DNA of 64,000 nucleotides from an uncultured Candidatus Saccharibacteria bacterium (lineage in GTDB: Bacteria > Patescibacteriota > Minisyncoccia > Phycocordibacterales > CSBR16-119): contig CAZZCB010000002.1 in the NCBI GenBank assembly GCA_964652835.1, positions 584 through 64,583 on the forward strand, read 5' to 3'. A program made the translations under genes and the position numbers. Within the stretch, counting starts at the first letter, position 1. Every line of letters begins with the position of its first letter. A model generated the notes under the pieces. The model saw only the letters and a program-made list of their open reading frames with translations. It was not told where the DNA came from and made no database searches. Shown piece by piece: positions 26,149 through 35,366 of the stretch.

Positions 26149-29112
26149 ATGGCAAAAGACTATAACCACAAAGAAATAGAACCGAAATGGCAGAAATTCT
26201 GGGAAGAAAATCACGTTTATAAAACAGAAGAAAATGGAAGTAAACCAAAACAATACATCTTAGATATGTTTCCATATCCTTCGGGGGCGGGACTTCACGT
26301 TGGCCACCCTCGCGGATACATCGGTTCTGACGTTCTTTCTCGTATGCGAAGAATGCAGGGCTTCAACGTTCTTCACCCGATGGGCTTTGACGCTTTCGGT
26401 CTTCCGGCTGAACAATACGCAATCCAAACTGGTGAGCATCCATCTGTTATCACAGAAAAAGCGATAGAGACATATAAAAAACAACTAAGCCTAATTGGTC
26501 TTTCGTATGATTGGTCTAGAGAAGTGGAGACGATAGATCCAGAGTACTACAAATGGACACAGTGGATTTTCCTAAAACTTTACGATTCTTATTTTGATGA
26601 AAAAGAAGGTAAAGCAAAACCTATCTCAGATCTTACCCTACGATTTGAAAAAGAAGACCCTTCTTGGAATTCAAAATCAGAAAAAGAAAAAGAGGATTTG
26701 CTGATGAATTACCGTTTGGCTTATGAAGGTTACAGTGAGGTGAACTGGTGTCCAGAGCTTGGCACAGTTTTGGCGAACGACGAAATAGTTGATGGTCCTG
26801 ACGGTAAACCTGTTTCAGAACGAGGCGGTTTTCCTGTTGAAAAGAAAAATATGCGTCAGTGGTTCCTGCGAATCACCGCGTACGCAGACAGACTTTTGTC
26901 TGGGCTTGAAACTGTATCTTGGCCAGAACACATAAAAGAAATTCAAAAGAACTGGATAGGGAAATCAGAAGGAGCTGAGATTGAATTTGCTTTTGCGGAA
27001 ACACCAGAGCATAAAATAAAAGTATTTACGACTCGCCCAGAAACTATTTTCGGTGCGACGTTTATTGCGGTGTCGGCCGGATATGCAAATGAGTGGCTTA
27101 AAAATGATTGGAACCCAAGCGATGAAATAAAAAACTATATTTCAAAAACTTTAAAAGAGAATGAAAACACCGACTTTAAAGAAAAAGAAAAAACTGGAGT
27201 TTGTGCTGACTTTGAAGTAGTAAATCCTGCGACAGGAGAAAATATTCCTGTTTGGATTACAAACTATGTTTTAGACGGAGTTGGAACTGGCGCGATAATG
27301 GCTGTTCCCGCACATGATGAAAGAGACTTTGAATTTGCAAAGAAGTTTGGGCTACAAATTAAACAAGTTATTGCACCAAGTTTTGTTGGGGATGGGATTA
27401 ACGCCCCGAGAGAGGGTGTTGAGACGATCGAAAGAAAAACCGTAACTGCTGTTATAAAAAATCCTAAAAATAACTTATATTTAGTTCTTAAAGAGAAAGA
27501 CAATAATGTTTTTGTTGGTGGCGGAGTAGACGACGGTGAAAGTGTAGAAGATGCTGTTAAAAGAGAGATTGTTGAAGAGACTGGATATAAAAATATTGAG
27601 ATAAAAACAAAAATGTTTGAGCATTTATTTGCTCATGGTTTTAGACATACAAAACAATTAAATCAAAAGACAGACGATACATTCTTCTTTATTGAGTTGT
27701 TAGACGAAGATAAAGTTGAAAGTGAAGCTGACACGGAAAGACATAATGTTTTGTGGGTCTCTGAGGGTGAAATAGATAAGGTTGTAACATGGGAGCACCA
27801 TAAATTTTTCTGGAATCTTTGGAAAAACGGAAAAATATTTGATGGAGAAGGTGTGCTGGTTAATTCAGCAGAATTTAATGGCCTAACGTCAGAAGAAGCA
27901 AAATCAAAAATCACAGAATTCGTGGGAGGGAAAATGGTTATGAAATACAAAATGCGTGATGCTATTTTTGCACGACAAAGATATTGGGGTGAGCCAATTC
28001 CACTTAAGCGTGTGGACGGTTTGATTAATCCTCTTTCTGAAAACGAGCTCCCACTAGAGCTTCCAAACGTTTCTTCATATAAACCGGCGGGGAATGGTGA
28101 ATCTCCACTTGCAGGCGTTTCTGAATGGGTAGAAAAAGGTTTTGAAACAAATACGATGCCTGGCTGGGCAGGATCTTCTTGGTATTTTTTGCGATATATG
28201 GATCCGAAAAACAGCCAAGCTTTTGCCGGAAAAGATGCGGTGAAATATTGGCAAGATGTGGACGTGTATGTTGGCGGCGCAGAACATGCGACAGGGCACC
28301 TTTTGTATTCACGTTTTTGGCATAAAGTTTTAAAAGATTTGGGATATGTTCCGACTGAAGAACCTTTTAAACTTTTGAAAAACCAAGGACTTATACTCGC
28401 AAGCGACGGAAGAAAAATGTCTAAGCGATGGGGAAATGTAGTGAACCCAGATGAGATGGTGGACCGTTTCGGTGCGGACTCTTTTAGACTTTATGAAATG
28501 TTTATCGGGCCTTTCGAACAATACACTTCTTGGAACACAGACGGACTTGTGGGAACAAGAAGATTTTTAGAACGTGTATGGAGAGCGAAAGAAAGAATCG
28601 GAGAAGAAAATAAAGAGGTTGATATTTTGGTAAATAAAACTATCAAGAAAATCACGGATGATATAGAAAATTTCAGATTTAATACTTCTGTTTCTTCGAT
28701 GATGATTTTGGTAAATAAAATGGAAGAAGCACCATCTTTTTCAAAAGAAAACTATTTAGATTTCCTAAAAATTCTTGCGCCATTTGCTCCGCATATGACA
28801 GAAGAACTTTGGCAAGAACTCGGAGAAGTTCGCGCCTTAAAGGATGCTGCGCGAACCGATTTTGCTAAATCGTCAATCCATCTTTCTGATTGGCCAAAAG
28901 CTGACGAATCAAAACTAAAAGATGAAAAAGTAAAAATAGCTGTTCAGGTAAACGGAAAAGTTCGCGACGAAATAGAAATCGCCCCTGACGCTTCTGAAGA
29001 AGAAGTTAACGATTTGGTTTTATCACGTCCTATTATTCAAGACTTCGTCCGTGAAGAAAAAATCAAAAAGTTTATTTACGTAAAAGGTAAGATAGTGAAC
29101 ATCGTTATCTAA
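26149..29112 (+). CDS. leuS: Leucyl-tRNA synthetase carrying a Nudix-hydrolase domain inserted in the CP1 editing domain.
   Basis: 'PYPSGAGLHVGHPRGY' (HIGH-class), editing motif 'TGAIMAVPAHDERDFEFA', 'KMSKRWGNV' (KMSKS). The inserted about-160 aa contain a canonical Nudix box 'GGGVDDGESVEDAVKREIVEETGY'. Confidence 0.93.
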   Translation: MAKDYNHKEIEPKWQKFWEENHVYKTEENGSKPKQYILDMFPYPSGAGLHVGHPRGYIGSDVLSRMRRMQGFNVLHPMGFDAFGLPAEQYAIQTGEHPSVITEKAIETYKKQLSLIGLSYDWSREVETIDPEYYKWTQWIFLKLYDSYFDEKEGKAKPISDLTLRFEKEDPSWNSKSEKEKEDLLMNYRLAYEGYSEVNWCPELGTVLANDEIVDGPDGKPVSERGGFPVEKKNMRQWFLRITAYADRLLSGLETVSWPEHIKEIQKNWIGKSEGAEIEFAFAETPEHKIKVFTTRPETIFGATFIAVSAGYANEWLKNDWNPSDEIKNYISKTLKENENTDFKEKEKTGVCADFEVVNPATGENIPVWITNYVLDGVGTGAIMAVPAHDERDFEFAKKFGLQIKQVIAPSFVGDGINAPREGVETIERKTVTAVIKNPKNNLYLVLKEKDNNVFVGGGVDDGESVEDAVKREIVEETGYKNIEIKTKMFEHLFAHGFRHTKQLNQKTDDTFFFIELLDEDKVESEADTERHNVLWVSEGEIDKVVTWEHHKFFWNLWKNGKIFDGEGVLVNSAEFNGLTSEEAKSKITEFVGGKMVMKYKMRDAIFARQRYWGEPIPLKRVDGLINPLSENELPLELPNVSSYKPAGNGESPLAGVSEWVEKGFETNTMPGWAGSSWYFLRYMDPKNSQAFAGKDAVKYWQDVDVYVGGAEHATGHLLYSRFWHKVLKDLGYVPTEEPFKLLKNQGLILASDGRKMSKRWGNVVNPDEMVDRFGADSFRLYEMFIGPFEQYTSWNTDGLVGTRRFLERVWRAKERIGEENKEVDILVNKTIKKITDDIENFRFNTSVSSMMILVNKMEEAPSFSKENYLDFLKILAPFAPHMTEELWQELGEVRALKDAARTDFAKSSIHLSDWPKADESKLKDEKVKIAVQVNGKVRDEIEIAPDASEEEVNDLVLSRPIIQDFVREEKIKKFIYVKGKIVNIVI

Positions 29113-29114
29113 TT

Positions 29115-30839
29115 ATGGTTAAAAAAGTTTTTAATTTATTAAACAGGGAATTCGGAAACATAAACCAGGCCGCGATTATTCTCGGAACTTTTACTTTGCT
29201 TTCGCAAATACTTGGTCTTGTGCGAGACAGAATGTTCGCGCACCAGCTCGGGCCCTCTGCTTCACTCGACGTCTACTACGCAGCTTTTAGAATACCTGAT
29301 TTTATTTTCGTTTCTGTTGCTTCACTCGCGTCTGTTACAGTGCTACTTCCTTTTCTGGTGGAAAAACTTGGCGTAAAAGAAGATGGCGAACTAAACGGAA
29401 ACAGCGCGAAAGCGAAGAAATTCTTAAACGACACTTTCACTGTTTTTCTTCTGGCGATGATTTTTGCATCAGTCCTTTGTCTTATTTTTATGCCGTCCCT
29501 CGTTAAGCTTGTGGCGCCAGGGTTCACTGGGCAGGAGCTAAAAGACCTCGTTTTACTTAGTAGGATCATGATTTTGTCGCCTATCTTTTTAGGGCTTTCG
29601 AACCTTTTCGGGTCCGTTACCCAGATGTTCAAAAAGTTCTTTGTTTTCGCTCTTTCTCCTCTTTTTTACAATATAGGTATAATCATGGGTGTTTTGGTCT
29701 TTTATCCTCTGTGGTGGCTTCCAGGGCTTGCATTTGGGGTTGTTTTGGGCGCTCTGATGCATATGCTTATACAATTCCCAGTTTTGGTAAAACACGACTT
29801 TTTACCGAAAATCTCTTGGAAAGTGAATTGGTCTGATTTAAAAGAGATGATCATAACTTCGCTTCCACGAACTATCGGGCTTTCGCTTTCGACTATCTCG
29901 CTCATCGCTATTGTGGCGATAGCTTCGCTGATCGGTGAAGGCGCGATTTCTATTTTTCAATTTTCTTTGAATCTTCAAAATGTGCCTCTCGGTATAATCG
30001 GTATTTCATATTCTGTTGCAGCGTTCCCTACACTTGCTCGTTTTTTCCGAAGTGAAAAGATGGACGAATTTGTTTCTTATATTGCTCTCGCTGCGCGTCA
30101 GATTATTTTCTGGTCGCTTCCGGTTATGTTTTTGTTTATCGTTCTCCGCGCACAGATTGTGCGTGTGATCTTAGGGACTGGGAACTTTACATGGGATGAC
30201 ACCAGACTTACCGCTGCGTCACTCGCTCTCTTTGCGATATCTATTTCTGCGCAAAGTTTGATACTTTTGTTTACTCGTGGATACTACGCAGCAGGGAATA
30301 CAAAAAAACCTCTTTCGATAAATATTTTCTCCACATTACTTACGATAGTTTCTGCATTTTATTTGGTTCATGTTTTTAAAACAAATGAAGTCTTTCAGTA
30401 TTTCTTTGAGTCGCTACTTCGAATCGAAGGTATTGCTCATTCAGAAATAGTGATGCTTCCTCTGGCGTATTCTTTAGGATCAATACTAAATGCATTTTTC
30501 CTTTGGATTTATTTCAGAACTGATTTTAAAGTTCGGGACAACAAAGATTCTTTCCTTATGAAATCTTTTTTCCAAAGTTTCGCCGGAGCTTTCTTTATGG
30601 GTTACGTCGCCTATGCATTCCTCGGCGTGTTTGATAATTTCTTAGATATAAATACTTTCTGGGGAATACTCGGACAAGGTTTCTTCTCTGGGGTTTTGGG
30701 AATTTGCTCTGGATACGTTGTGCTTAAAGTTTTGAAAAATGAACAGATAAATCAAATAGAAAATGCACTAAGCAAGAAACGTTTCTGGAAAACTCCTGTT
30801 ATTAAAAGTGGGGACAGTGATCTTCATCCCTTGAGTTAA
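29115..30839 (+). CDS. murJ: Lipid II flippase MurJ (MviN).
   Basis: 574 aa with about 14 TM helices. N-terminus 'AAIILGTFTLLSQILGLVRDRMFAHQLGPSASLDVYYAAFRIPDF' is typical of MurJ. Confidence 0.85.
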   Translation: MVKKVFNLLNREFGNINQAAIILGTFTLLSQILGLVRDRMFAHQLGPSASLDVYYAAFRIPDFIFVSVASLASVTVLLPFLVEKLGVKEDGELNGNSAKAKKFLNDTFTVFLLAMIFASVLCLIFMPSLVKLVAPGFTGQELKDLVLLSRIMILSPIFLGLSNLFGSVTQMFKKFFVFALSPLFYNIGIIMGVLVFYPLWWLPGLAFGVVLGALMHMLIQFPVLVKHDFLPKISWKVNWSDLKEMIITSLPRTIGLSLSTISLIAIVAIASLIGEGAISIFQFSLNLQNVPLGIIGISYSVAAFPTLARFFRSEKMDEFVSYIALAARQIIFWSLPVMFLFIVLRAQIVRVILGTGNFTWDDTRLTAASLALFAISISAQSLILLFTRGYYAAGNTKKPLSINIFSTLLTIVSAFYLVHVFKTNEVFQYFFESLLRIEGIAHSEIVMLPLAYSLGSILNAFFLWIYFRTDFKVRDNKDSFLMKSFFQSFAGAFFMGYVAYAFLGVFDNFLDINTFWGILGQGFFSGVLGICSGYVVLKVLKNEQINQIENALSKKRFWKTPVIKSGDSDLHPLS

Positions 30840-30933
30840 AATACAAAAGACGCTCCGTGGGAGCGTCTGCAGCTGGTCAGTGACCGAACGAAAGACCTAG
30901 GTCTTTAGTATGTAAAGTGTTCTAAAGAACTAT

Positions 30934-31245
30934 GTGCCGTGGTGGCGGGAAAGAGATGAGCTCTCGGCTGGCCTGAAACCCTTTAACTCTCCAGACATCC
31001 GTCGACTCATCTCCCCCCTCACCAACCGCAGACACTGTTTTTGGACCTGTTTTTATTATAGGGGATTGGGGTCCGCTCGTCAAGGGGTTTCTTTTCCCTT
31101 GAAGGAAAAGAAAGTGATGAACTCAGAAAGTCTATACTTTCCTCAAACAGCATCACTTTCTAAAGCAAATCAAATAAATTTCTTAACGATATATTTTAAG
31201 CGTCGAAATATTTTAGTTTTAAGTGCCAAAAACGTTGGAAAATAA
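30934..31245 (+). CDS. Hypothetical protein (higher-GC ORFan, questionable).
   Basis: 103-aa ORF in a compositionally distinct 400-bp block. No motif found. Confidence 0.2.
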   Translation: MPWWRERDELSAGLKPFNSPDIRRLISPLTNRRHCFWTCFYYRGLGSARQGVSFPLKEKKVMNSESLYFPQTASLSKANQINFLTIYFKRRNILVLSAKNVGK

Positions 31246-31257
31246 TAATTTTATAGA

Positions 31258-31290
31258 TTGACAGAATAGGTTTATATGTGGTAATATTTT
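31258..31290 (+). promoter_or_regulatory. Sigma70-like promoter TTGACA-N18-TAATAT upstream of the XRE regulator.
   Basis: TTGACAGAATAGGTTTATATGTGGTAATAT, about 20 nt upstream of the ATG at 31309. Confidence 0.45.
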
Positions 31291-31308
31291 TTTAGAAAAC
31301 TAACCAAC

Positions 31309-31590
31309 ATGAACATTGGAAAAACCATTACGTTGTTGCGCAGGTCTTATACTCCTAAGATGACGCAAGCTGAGTTGGCAAAAATTTCAGGCCTGACACA
31401 GGAATACATCTCAATGGTGGAGCATGGTAAGAAAAGCCCTGGATTCACAACCCTTCAGAAATTGTCGAAGGCTCTTAATGTTCCGATTTTCGTCCTCGTG
31501 TTGCTTTCAGAGCACGAATCACTAGATGAGTCTTGGAACGATTTACTGGGAGATGTTGTCTTAAAAATCAAGAAAAAAAACAAAGCTTGA
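31309..31590 (+). CDS. XRE-family helix-turn-helix transcriptional regulator.
   Basis: 'MTQAELAKISGLTQEYISMVEHGKKSPGFTTLQKLSKALNVPI' is a Cro/C1-type HTH. Confidence 0.75.
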   Translation: MNIGKTITLLRRSYTPKMTQAELAKISGLTQEYISMVEHGKKSPGFTTLQKLSKALNVPIFVLVLLSEHESLDESWNDLLGDVVLKIKKKNKA

Positions 31591-31615
31591 ATAGTTGAGA
31601 ACTAGCCGCCAAAAT

Positions 31616-31648
31616 GAAAGTCCCCGCGCATGTCGGGGCTTTTTCATT
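31616..31648 (+). terminator. Rho-independent terminator (AAAGTCCCCG-cgcatgt-CGGGGCTTTTT).
   Basis: GC stem plus T-run, followed by a second GC-rich 9-bp stem-loop at about 31672-31712 (CCCGCCTCG...CGAGGCGGG). Confidence 0.65.
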
Positions 31649-31757
31649 TACAAACTTTATTTTTTCTTTGGTTCCCGCCTCGACTCGCGGAGCTTGTCGA
31701 CGCGAGGCGGGTTGGTTCTTCTCCGCCTTCGCCAAGGGCTACGGACGGACTTTTGGA

Positions 31758-33935
31758 CTATTTTTTACTTTCTAATTTATGGGGATTATGATTCGGACAT
31801 TTTTTGTCAGAACATCTTTCAGGAATTGTCTTCGTCCCTTCCATCATCAGCTTTCCGCACATTGGGCACATGTTACCAGTTGGTTTTGTTTTGATTGCGT
31901 GTTTACAGTCTGGGTAGTTTGAGCAAGAGTAGAAGATTCCAAATCTTCCTTTTCGCTCTACCATCTCTCCATCTTTACATTCTGTACACTTCACGCCTGT
32001 TTTTCTTTTTGCCACTTCGGCTTCATCTTCTTTTATAAATTTACATTTTGGATATCGTGAGCAAGAGATAAACATTCCGAAACGTCCTTCACGAAGAACT
32101 AGTTTTCCTTGGTGTTTTTCTCCACAAGTCGGACACATTTCGCCGATTTCTTTTGGTGGTTCGAGCTCTTTTCCTTCTTCTGTTCGAGCTCCGACGCAGT
32201 TAGGGAAGTCAGAGCAACTCATAAATTTACCGTTTTTTGAAAGTTTGAAAACCATTGGTTTACCGCAAACAGGGCAAGGGAACTCTGCCGGCGCGTCTCC
32301 GATGTTTGTAATTTTTTCAATACTATCTTTTTCTTTCAGAGCTTTTGTAAATGGTCCGTAGAAATCAGAAAGAGTTTTTACATATGTCGCTTTTCCGATA
32401 GCTATTTCGTCTAAGTTTCCTTCCATTTCAGAAGTGAAAGAGTCAGAAATATAGTTTCCGAAATTGTTTTCTATGAAAGTAGAAACGACATCTCCTGTGT
32501 CTGTCGGCACCAGCGCGCGCGCTTCTTTTGTCACGTATCCTCGGTCGACAATAGTTTTAATAATAGAAGCATAAGTCGAAGGACGACCGATGTCTCTTTT
32601 TTCAAGTTCCTTGATCAGTCCAGCTTCTGTATATCTGCCTGGTGGAGCTGTTTCTTTTTCTTCCATGTTCGCTTTGATCAGCGCGAGCTCATCTTTTACA
32701 GAAAGTTTTGGAACTTCCACGTCTTCACCGCGAGAACGTGTATCCACCGCAAGCCAGCCCGGGAAAAGTATCCGAGATCCATTTATAGAAAAGTTTGGGA
32801 TTTTTTCTCCGCCTATATTTGCAGAAACTTTTGTTCGCAAAATCTTTGCAGGAGTCATCTGTGAAGCTATCGCTCTTTCCCAGATTAGAGTGTAGAGTCT
32901 TTTTTCGTCTTCTGTTGTGCCGAGGCTAGCGCGCATTGGGTTTGTTGGACGGATTGCTTCGTGCGCTTCTTGAGCGTTTTTAGATTTTTTAGAATATACG
33001 TTTGCGCGAGCGTACTCTTTTCCAAAATTTTTCTCTACGTACTCTAGCATTTGAGATTGCGCTGTTTTTGAAAGGTTCGTACTGTCTGTTCTCATATATG
33101 TGATCAGACCTTTTTCGTAAAGTTTTTGCGCGACGCCCATTGTTCTAGACGGGGCAAAGCCCAGACGCGTCGAGGCGACTTGTTGCATTGTTGAAGTTGT
33201 GAAAGGCGGTCTTGGCGCCCGGGCAGCCTCTGTTTCTTTTACGGCTGTTACAGACCAATTTCCTTTTTGTGTATTTTCGAAAATATCTTCAGCTTCTTTT
33301 TTATCCCAAATTTCTTTGTCACAAGTAAAAAGCATTTCATCCTTTTCTTTCTTAAGAAGCGCTGAAAGTATGTAGTATTTTTCTGGTACGAAACCTCTGA
33401 TTTCTCTTTCGCGTTCCATTATTATTCTTAGCGCAGGGGACTGAACTCGTCCAGCTGAAAGTCCATATCGAACTTTTTTCCAGATAAGTCCTGAAAGGTC
33501 ATAACCAAAAAGTCTGTCCAGAACTCTTCGAGCTTCTTGAGCGTTTTTTAAATTCATATCAACTTCCCGAGGGTGCTTTAAAGCTTCTTTTATCGCTGTC
33601 TCTGTGATCTCGTTAAAGACTATTCTCTTTGGGTTTTTTAGTCCTAAGGCTTCGGATAAGTGCCAAGCGATAGCTTCACCCTCGCGGTCGAGGTCGGTTG
33701 CCAGGACTACTTCGTCTGCGGTTTTCGCTATTTCTTTTAGTTCAGAAACAACCTTCTTTTTTAGAGGAGAGATTTCGTATGTTGGAGTAAAACTGTTTTT
33801 AATATCGACGGCTTTTTTGTTTGACTTTGGTAGGTCTCTGATATGCCCAACAGAAGCACGAACCACGTACTTGTTGTCTAGATATTTTTCTATTGTTTTC
33901 GCTTTTGAAGGCGACTCAACTATTAGTAGTTTCAT
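31758..33935 (-). CDS. topA: DNA topoisomerase I.
   Basis: TOPRIM N-terminus 'MKLLIVESPSKAKTIEKYL', active-site region 'ITYMRTDSTNLS', and four C-terminal C4 zinc ribbons (CPVCGK..., CPTCGE..., CTECKD..., CPMCGK...). Confidence 0.95.
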   Translation of the reverse strand: MKLLIVESPSKAKTIEKYLDNKYVVRASVGHIRDLPKSNKKAVDIKNSFTPTYEISPLKKKVVSELKEIAKTADEVVLATDLDREGEAIAWHLSEALGLKNPKRIVFNEITETAIKEALKHPREVDMNLKNAQEARRVLDRLFGYDLSGLIWKKVRYGLSAGRVQSPALRIIMEREREIRGFVPEKYYILSALLKKEKDEMLFTCDKEIWDKKEAEDIFENTQKGNWSVTAVKETEAARAPRPPFTTSTMQQVASTRLGFAPSRTMGVAQKLYEKGLITYMRTDSTNLSKTAQSQMLEYVEKNFGKEYARANVYSKKSKNAQEAHEAIRPTNPMRASLGTTEDEKRLYTLIWERAIASQMTPAKILRTKVSANIGGEKIPNFSINGSRILFPGWLAVDTRSRGEDVEVPKLSVKDELALIKANMEEKETAPPGRYTEAGLIKELEKRDIGRPSTYASIIKTIVDRGYVTKEARALVPTDTGDVVSTFIENNFGNYISDSFTSEMEGNLDEIAIGKATYVKTLSDFYGPFTKALKEKDSIEKITNIGDAPAEFPCPVCGKPMVFKLSKNGKFMSCSDFPNCVGARTEEGKELEPPKEIGEMCPTCGEKHQGKLVLREGRFGMFISCSRYPKCKFIKEDEAEVAKRKTGVKCTECKDGEMVERKGRFGIFYSCSNYPDCKHAIKTKPTGNMCPMCGKLMMEGTKTIPERCSDKKCPNHNPHKLESKK

Positions 33936-34007
33936 TATTTTGAAGTTTAATTAAAAGTGCTTTAAGCGCACAGCTTTCATAAGTAATACTACGAATTTTT
34001 AATTTAT

Positions 34008-34047
34008 GCAAATAGGGGAAAGAAAAAGCGCGGGGGACTCCCGCGCT
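34008..34047 (-). terminator. Rho-independent terminator on the minus strand (AGCGCGGG-agtc-CCCCGCGCT followed by TTTTTTCTTT).
   Basis: The minus strand reads GC hairpin followed by a T-run; it lies downstream of the ORF 34070..34402. Confidence 0.55.
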
Positions 34048-34069
34048 GTTCTTCAGTGCTTATGAGCGC

Positions 34070-34402
34070 TCATGGAGAAATCTCTACTCGCGCCCATGTC
34101 ATGTTTGCCCGAAGAGTTATGTTGGGTAGGATTGCTTTAGATCCTATCACCACGACGGTGATATTCCCCTTGTCCATTTGTTTGCCGATGACGTTCAAGA
34201 TATCACTTACCCCGTTAACTGGCTCTTCAATTGTGTCACCAGATTCATTCAACATAACCTTGGCAATATCAGAATCAGTTGCATCTATGAACACCATAGT
34301 TGTTCTGACATCTTTGGATATGTCGTTGATAAAATCCAGTAGCCTGCCGGATTCATGGGACTCTTCGTCAGATAGAACCAATGTGCTCGTTTCGTTTCTC
34401 AT
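34070..34402 (-). CDS. Hypothetical protein (higher-GC ORFan).
   Basis: 110-aa ORF. The minus strand is chosen over the overlapping + ORF because of the minus-strand terminator and the upstream TTGACT-N17-CAATAT. Confidence 0.35.
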   Translation of the reverse strand: MRNETSTLVLSDEESHESGRLLDFINDISKDVRTTMVFIDATDSDIAKVMLNESGDTIEEPVNGVSDILNVIGKQMDKGNITVVVIGSKAILPNITLRANMTWARVEISP

Positions 34403-34419
34403 GGTTGTGTTTTTCTAGA

Positions 34420-34482
34420 TATTGCACTTTTTGCGGGTTTAAGTCAAGCCCGCACCTTTCGAGTGCGGGCAGGCTTAAAATT
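34420..34482 (-). promoter_or_regulatory. Pair of mutually exclusive GC hairpins between dprA and the downstream gene; overlaps a TTGACT -35 element.
   Basis: GCGGG-tttaagtcaa-CCCGC and GCCCGCA-cctttcgag-TGCGGGC share the CCCGC segment. Confidence 0.3.
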
Positions 34483-35328
34483 TTATCTTCGATGAACTTT
34501 TCCGTCTACTTCTTTTATAAGTCCGCGGAGTTCGAGCATTGAGATTAAAATATTTACTTCTGAGATTGGTTTTTCGCAAAGCATCGCCAGTTCTTCTTTA
34601 GACTTTGGCTCGCTCAGTAGTTTGAAAATCAAATATTCTTCATCGGGTAAATCTATAACAATTTCTTTTGGCTCTTTTGGCGCAAGTCCTAAGGCCTCTA
34701 AAATATCTGCGCTTTTAAGAATCGGCACAGCGCCAAGACGCAGGAGTTCGTTCGTGCCTTTAGAAGTCGGCGAGCTGATATTCCCAGGCACAACCAAAAC
34801 CTCTCTATTATAGTCTGTTGCGAGTCTCGCCGTGGTTAAGGTTCCAGACTTTTCCTCGGCTTCTATTAATAGAACAGCGTCAGAGAGTCCGGCGCCTATT
34901 CTGTTTCTTTGGATAAAGCTCCAGTTTGTGGCTTTAAAGTCCGGCTCGAATTCTGAAAGTAAGCATCCGCCAGCTTCTAGGATTTTCCTTGAAAGACTAA
35001 AATTGCTTTTTGGATATAGAACTTTTGGATCAAGACCAGAGCCGGGAACGGCGACTGTTTTGAGTCCAGCTTTTATAGCGGACTGGTGTGCTATAGAGTC
35101 GATACCGAGAGCCATCCCAGAAACTATCACGATGGGGTAGCCGGCGAGCTTTTCTATTAGCTTTTCGCAGACCATTTTCCCGTAGGTGCTGTGTTTTCGT
35201 GAACCGACCACGGTCAAAAACTTCATTTCCTCGTCAGGGAAATTTCCTTGTATATAGAGTTTTTTCGGTGGCTCAGGTATTTCTTTTAGACGATATGGAA
35301 TATTGTTAAATTCTTCTATCGGATACAT
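34483..35328 (-). CDS. dprA: DNA processing protein A (DprA/Smf).
   Basis: Rossmann-like DprA core 'VVGSRKHSTYGKMVCEKL...IVSGMALGIDSIAHQSAIKAG...TVAVPGSGLD' and a C-terminal winged-helix region. Confidence 0.9.
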   Translation of the reverse strand: MYPIEEFNNIPYRLKEIPEPPKKLYIQGNFPDEEMKFLTVVGSRKHSTYGKMVCEKLIEKLAGYPIVIVSGMALGIDSIAHQSAIKAGLKTVAVPGSGLDPKVLYPKSNFSLSRKILEAGGCLLSEFEPDFKATNWSFIQRNRIGAGLSDAVLLIEAEEKSGTLTTARLATDYNREVLVVPGNISSPTSKGTNELLRLGAVPILKSADILEALGLAPKEPKEIVIDLPDEEYLIFKLLSEPKSKEELAMLCEKPISEVNILISMLELRGLIKEVDGKVHRR

Positions 35329-35366
35329 ACTTTCTAAATTGTATCATTTTTTGTATAATACCAAAT

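Noticed and set aside
34056-34418. 120-aa + strand ORF overlapping 34070-34402(-)
   Set aside because: The minus-strand frame has a downstream rho-independent terminator (34008-34047) and an upstream -35/-10. The + frame runs into the topA promoter region with no terminator. Strand choice remains low-confidence.
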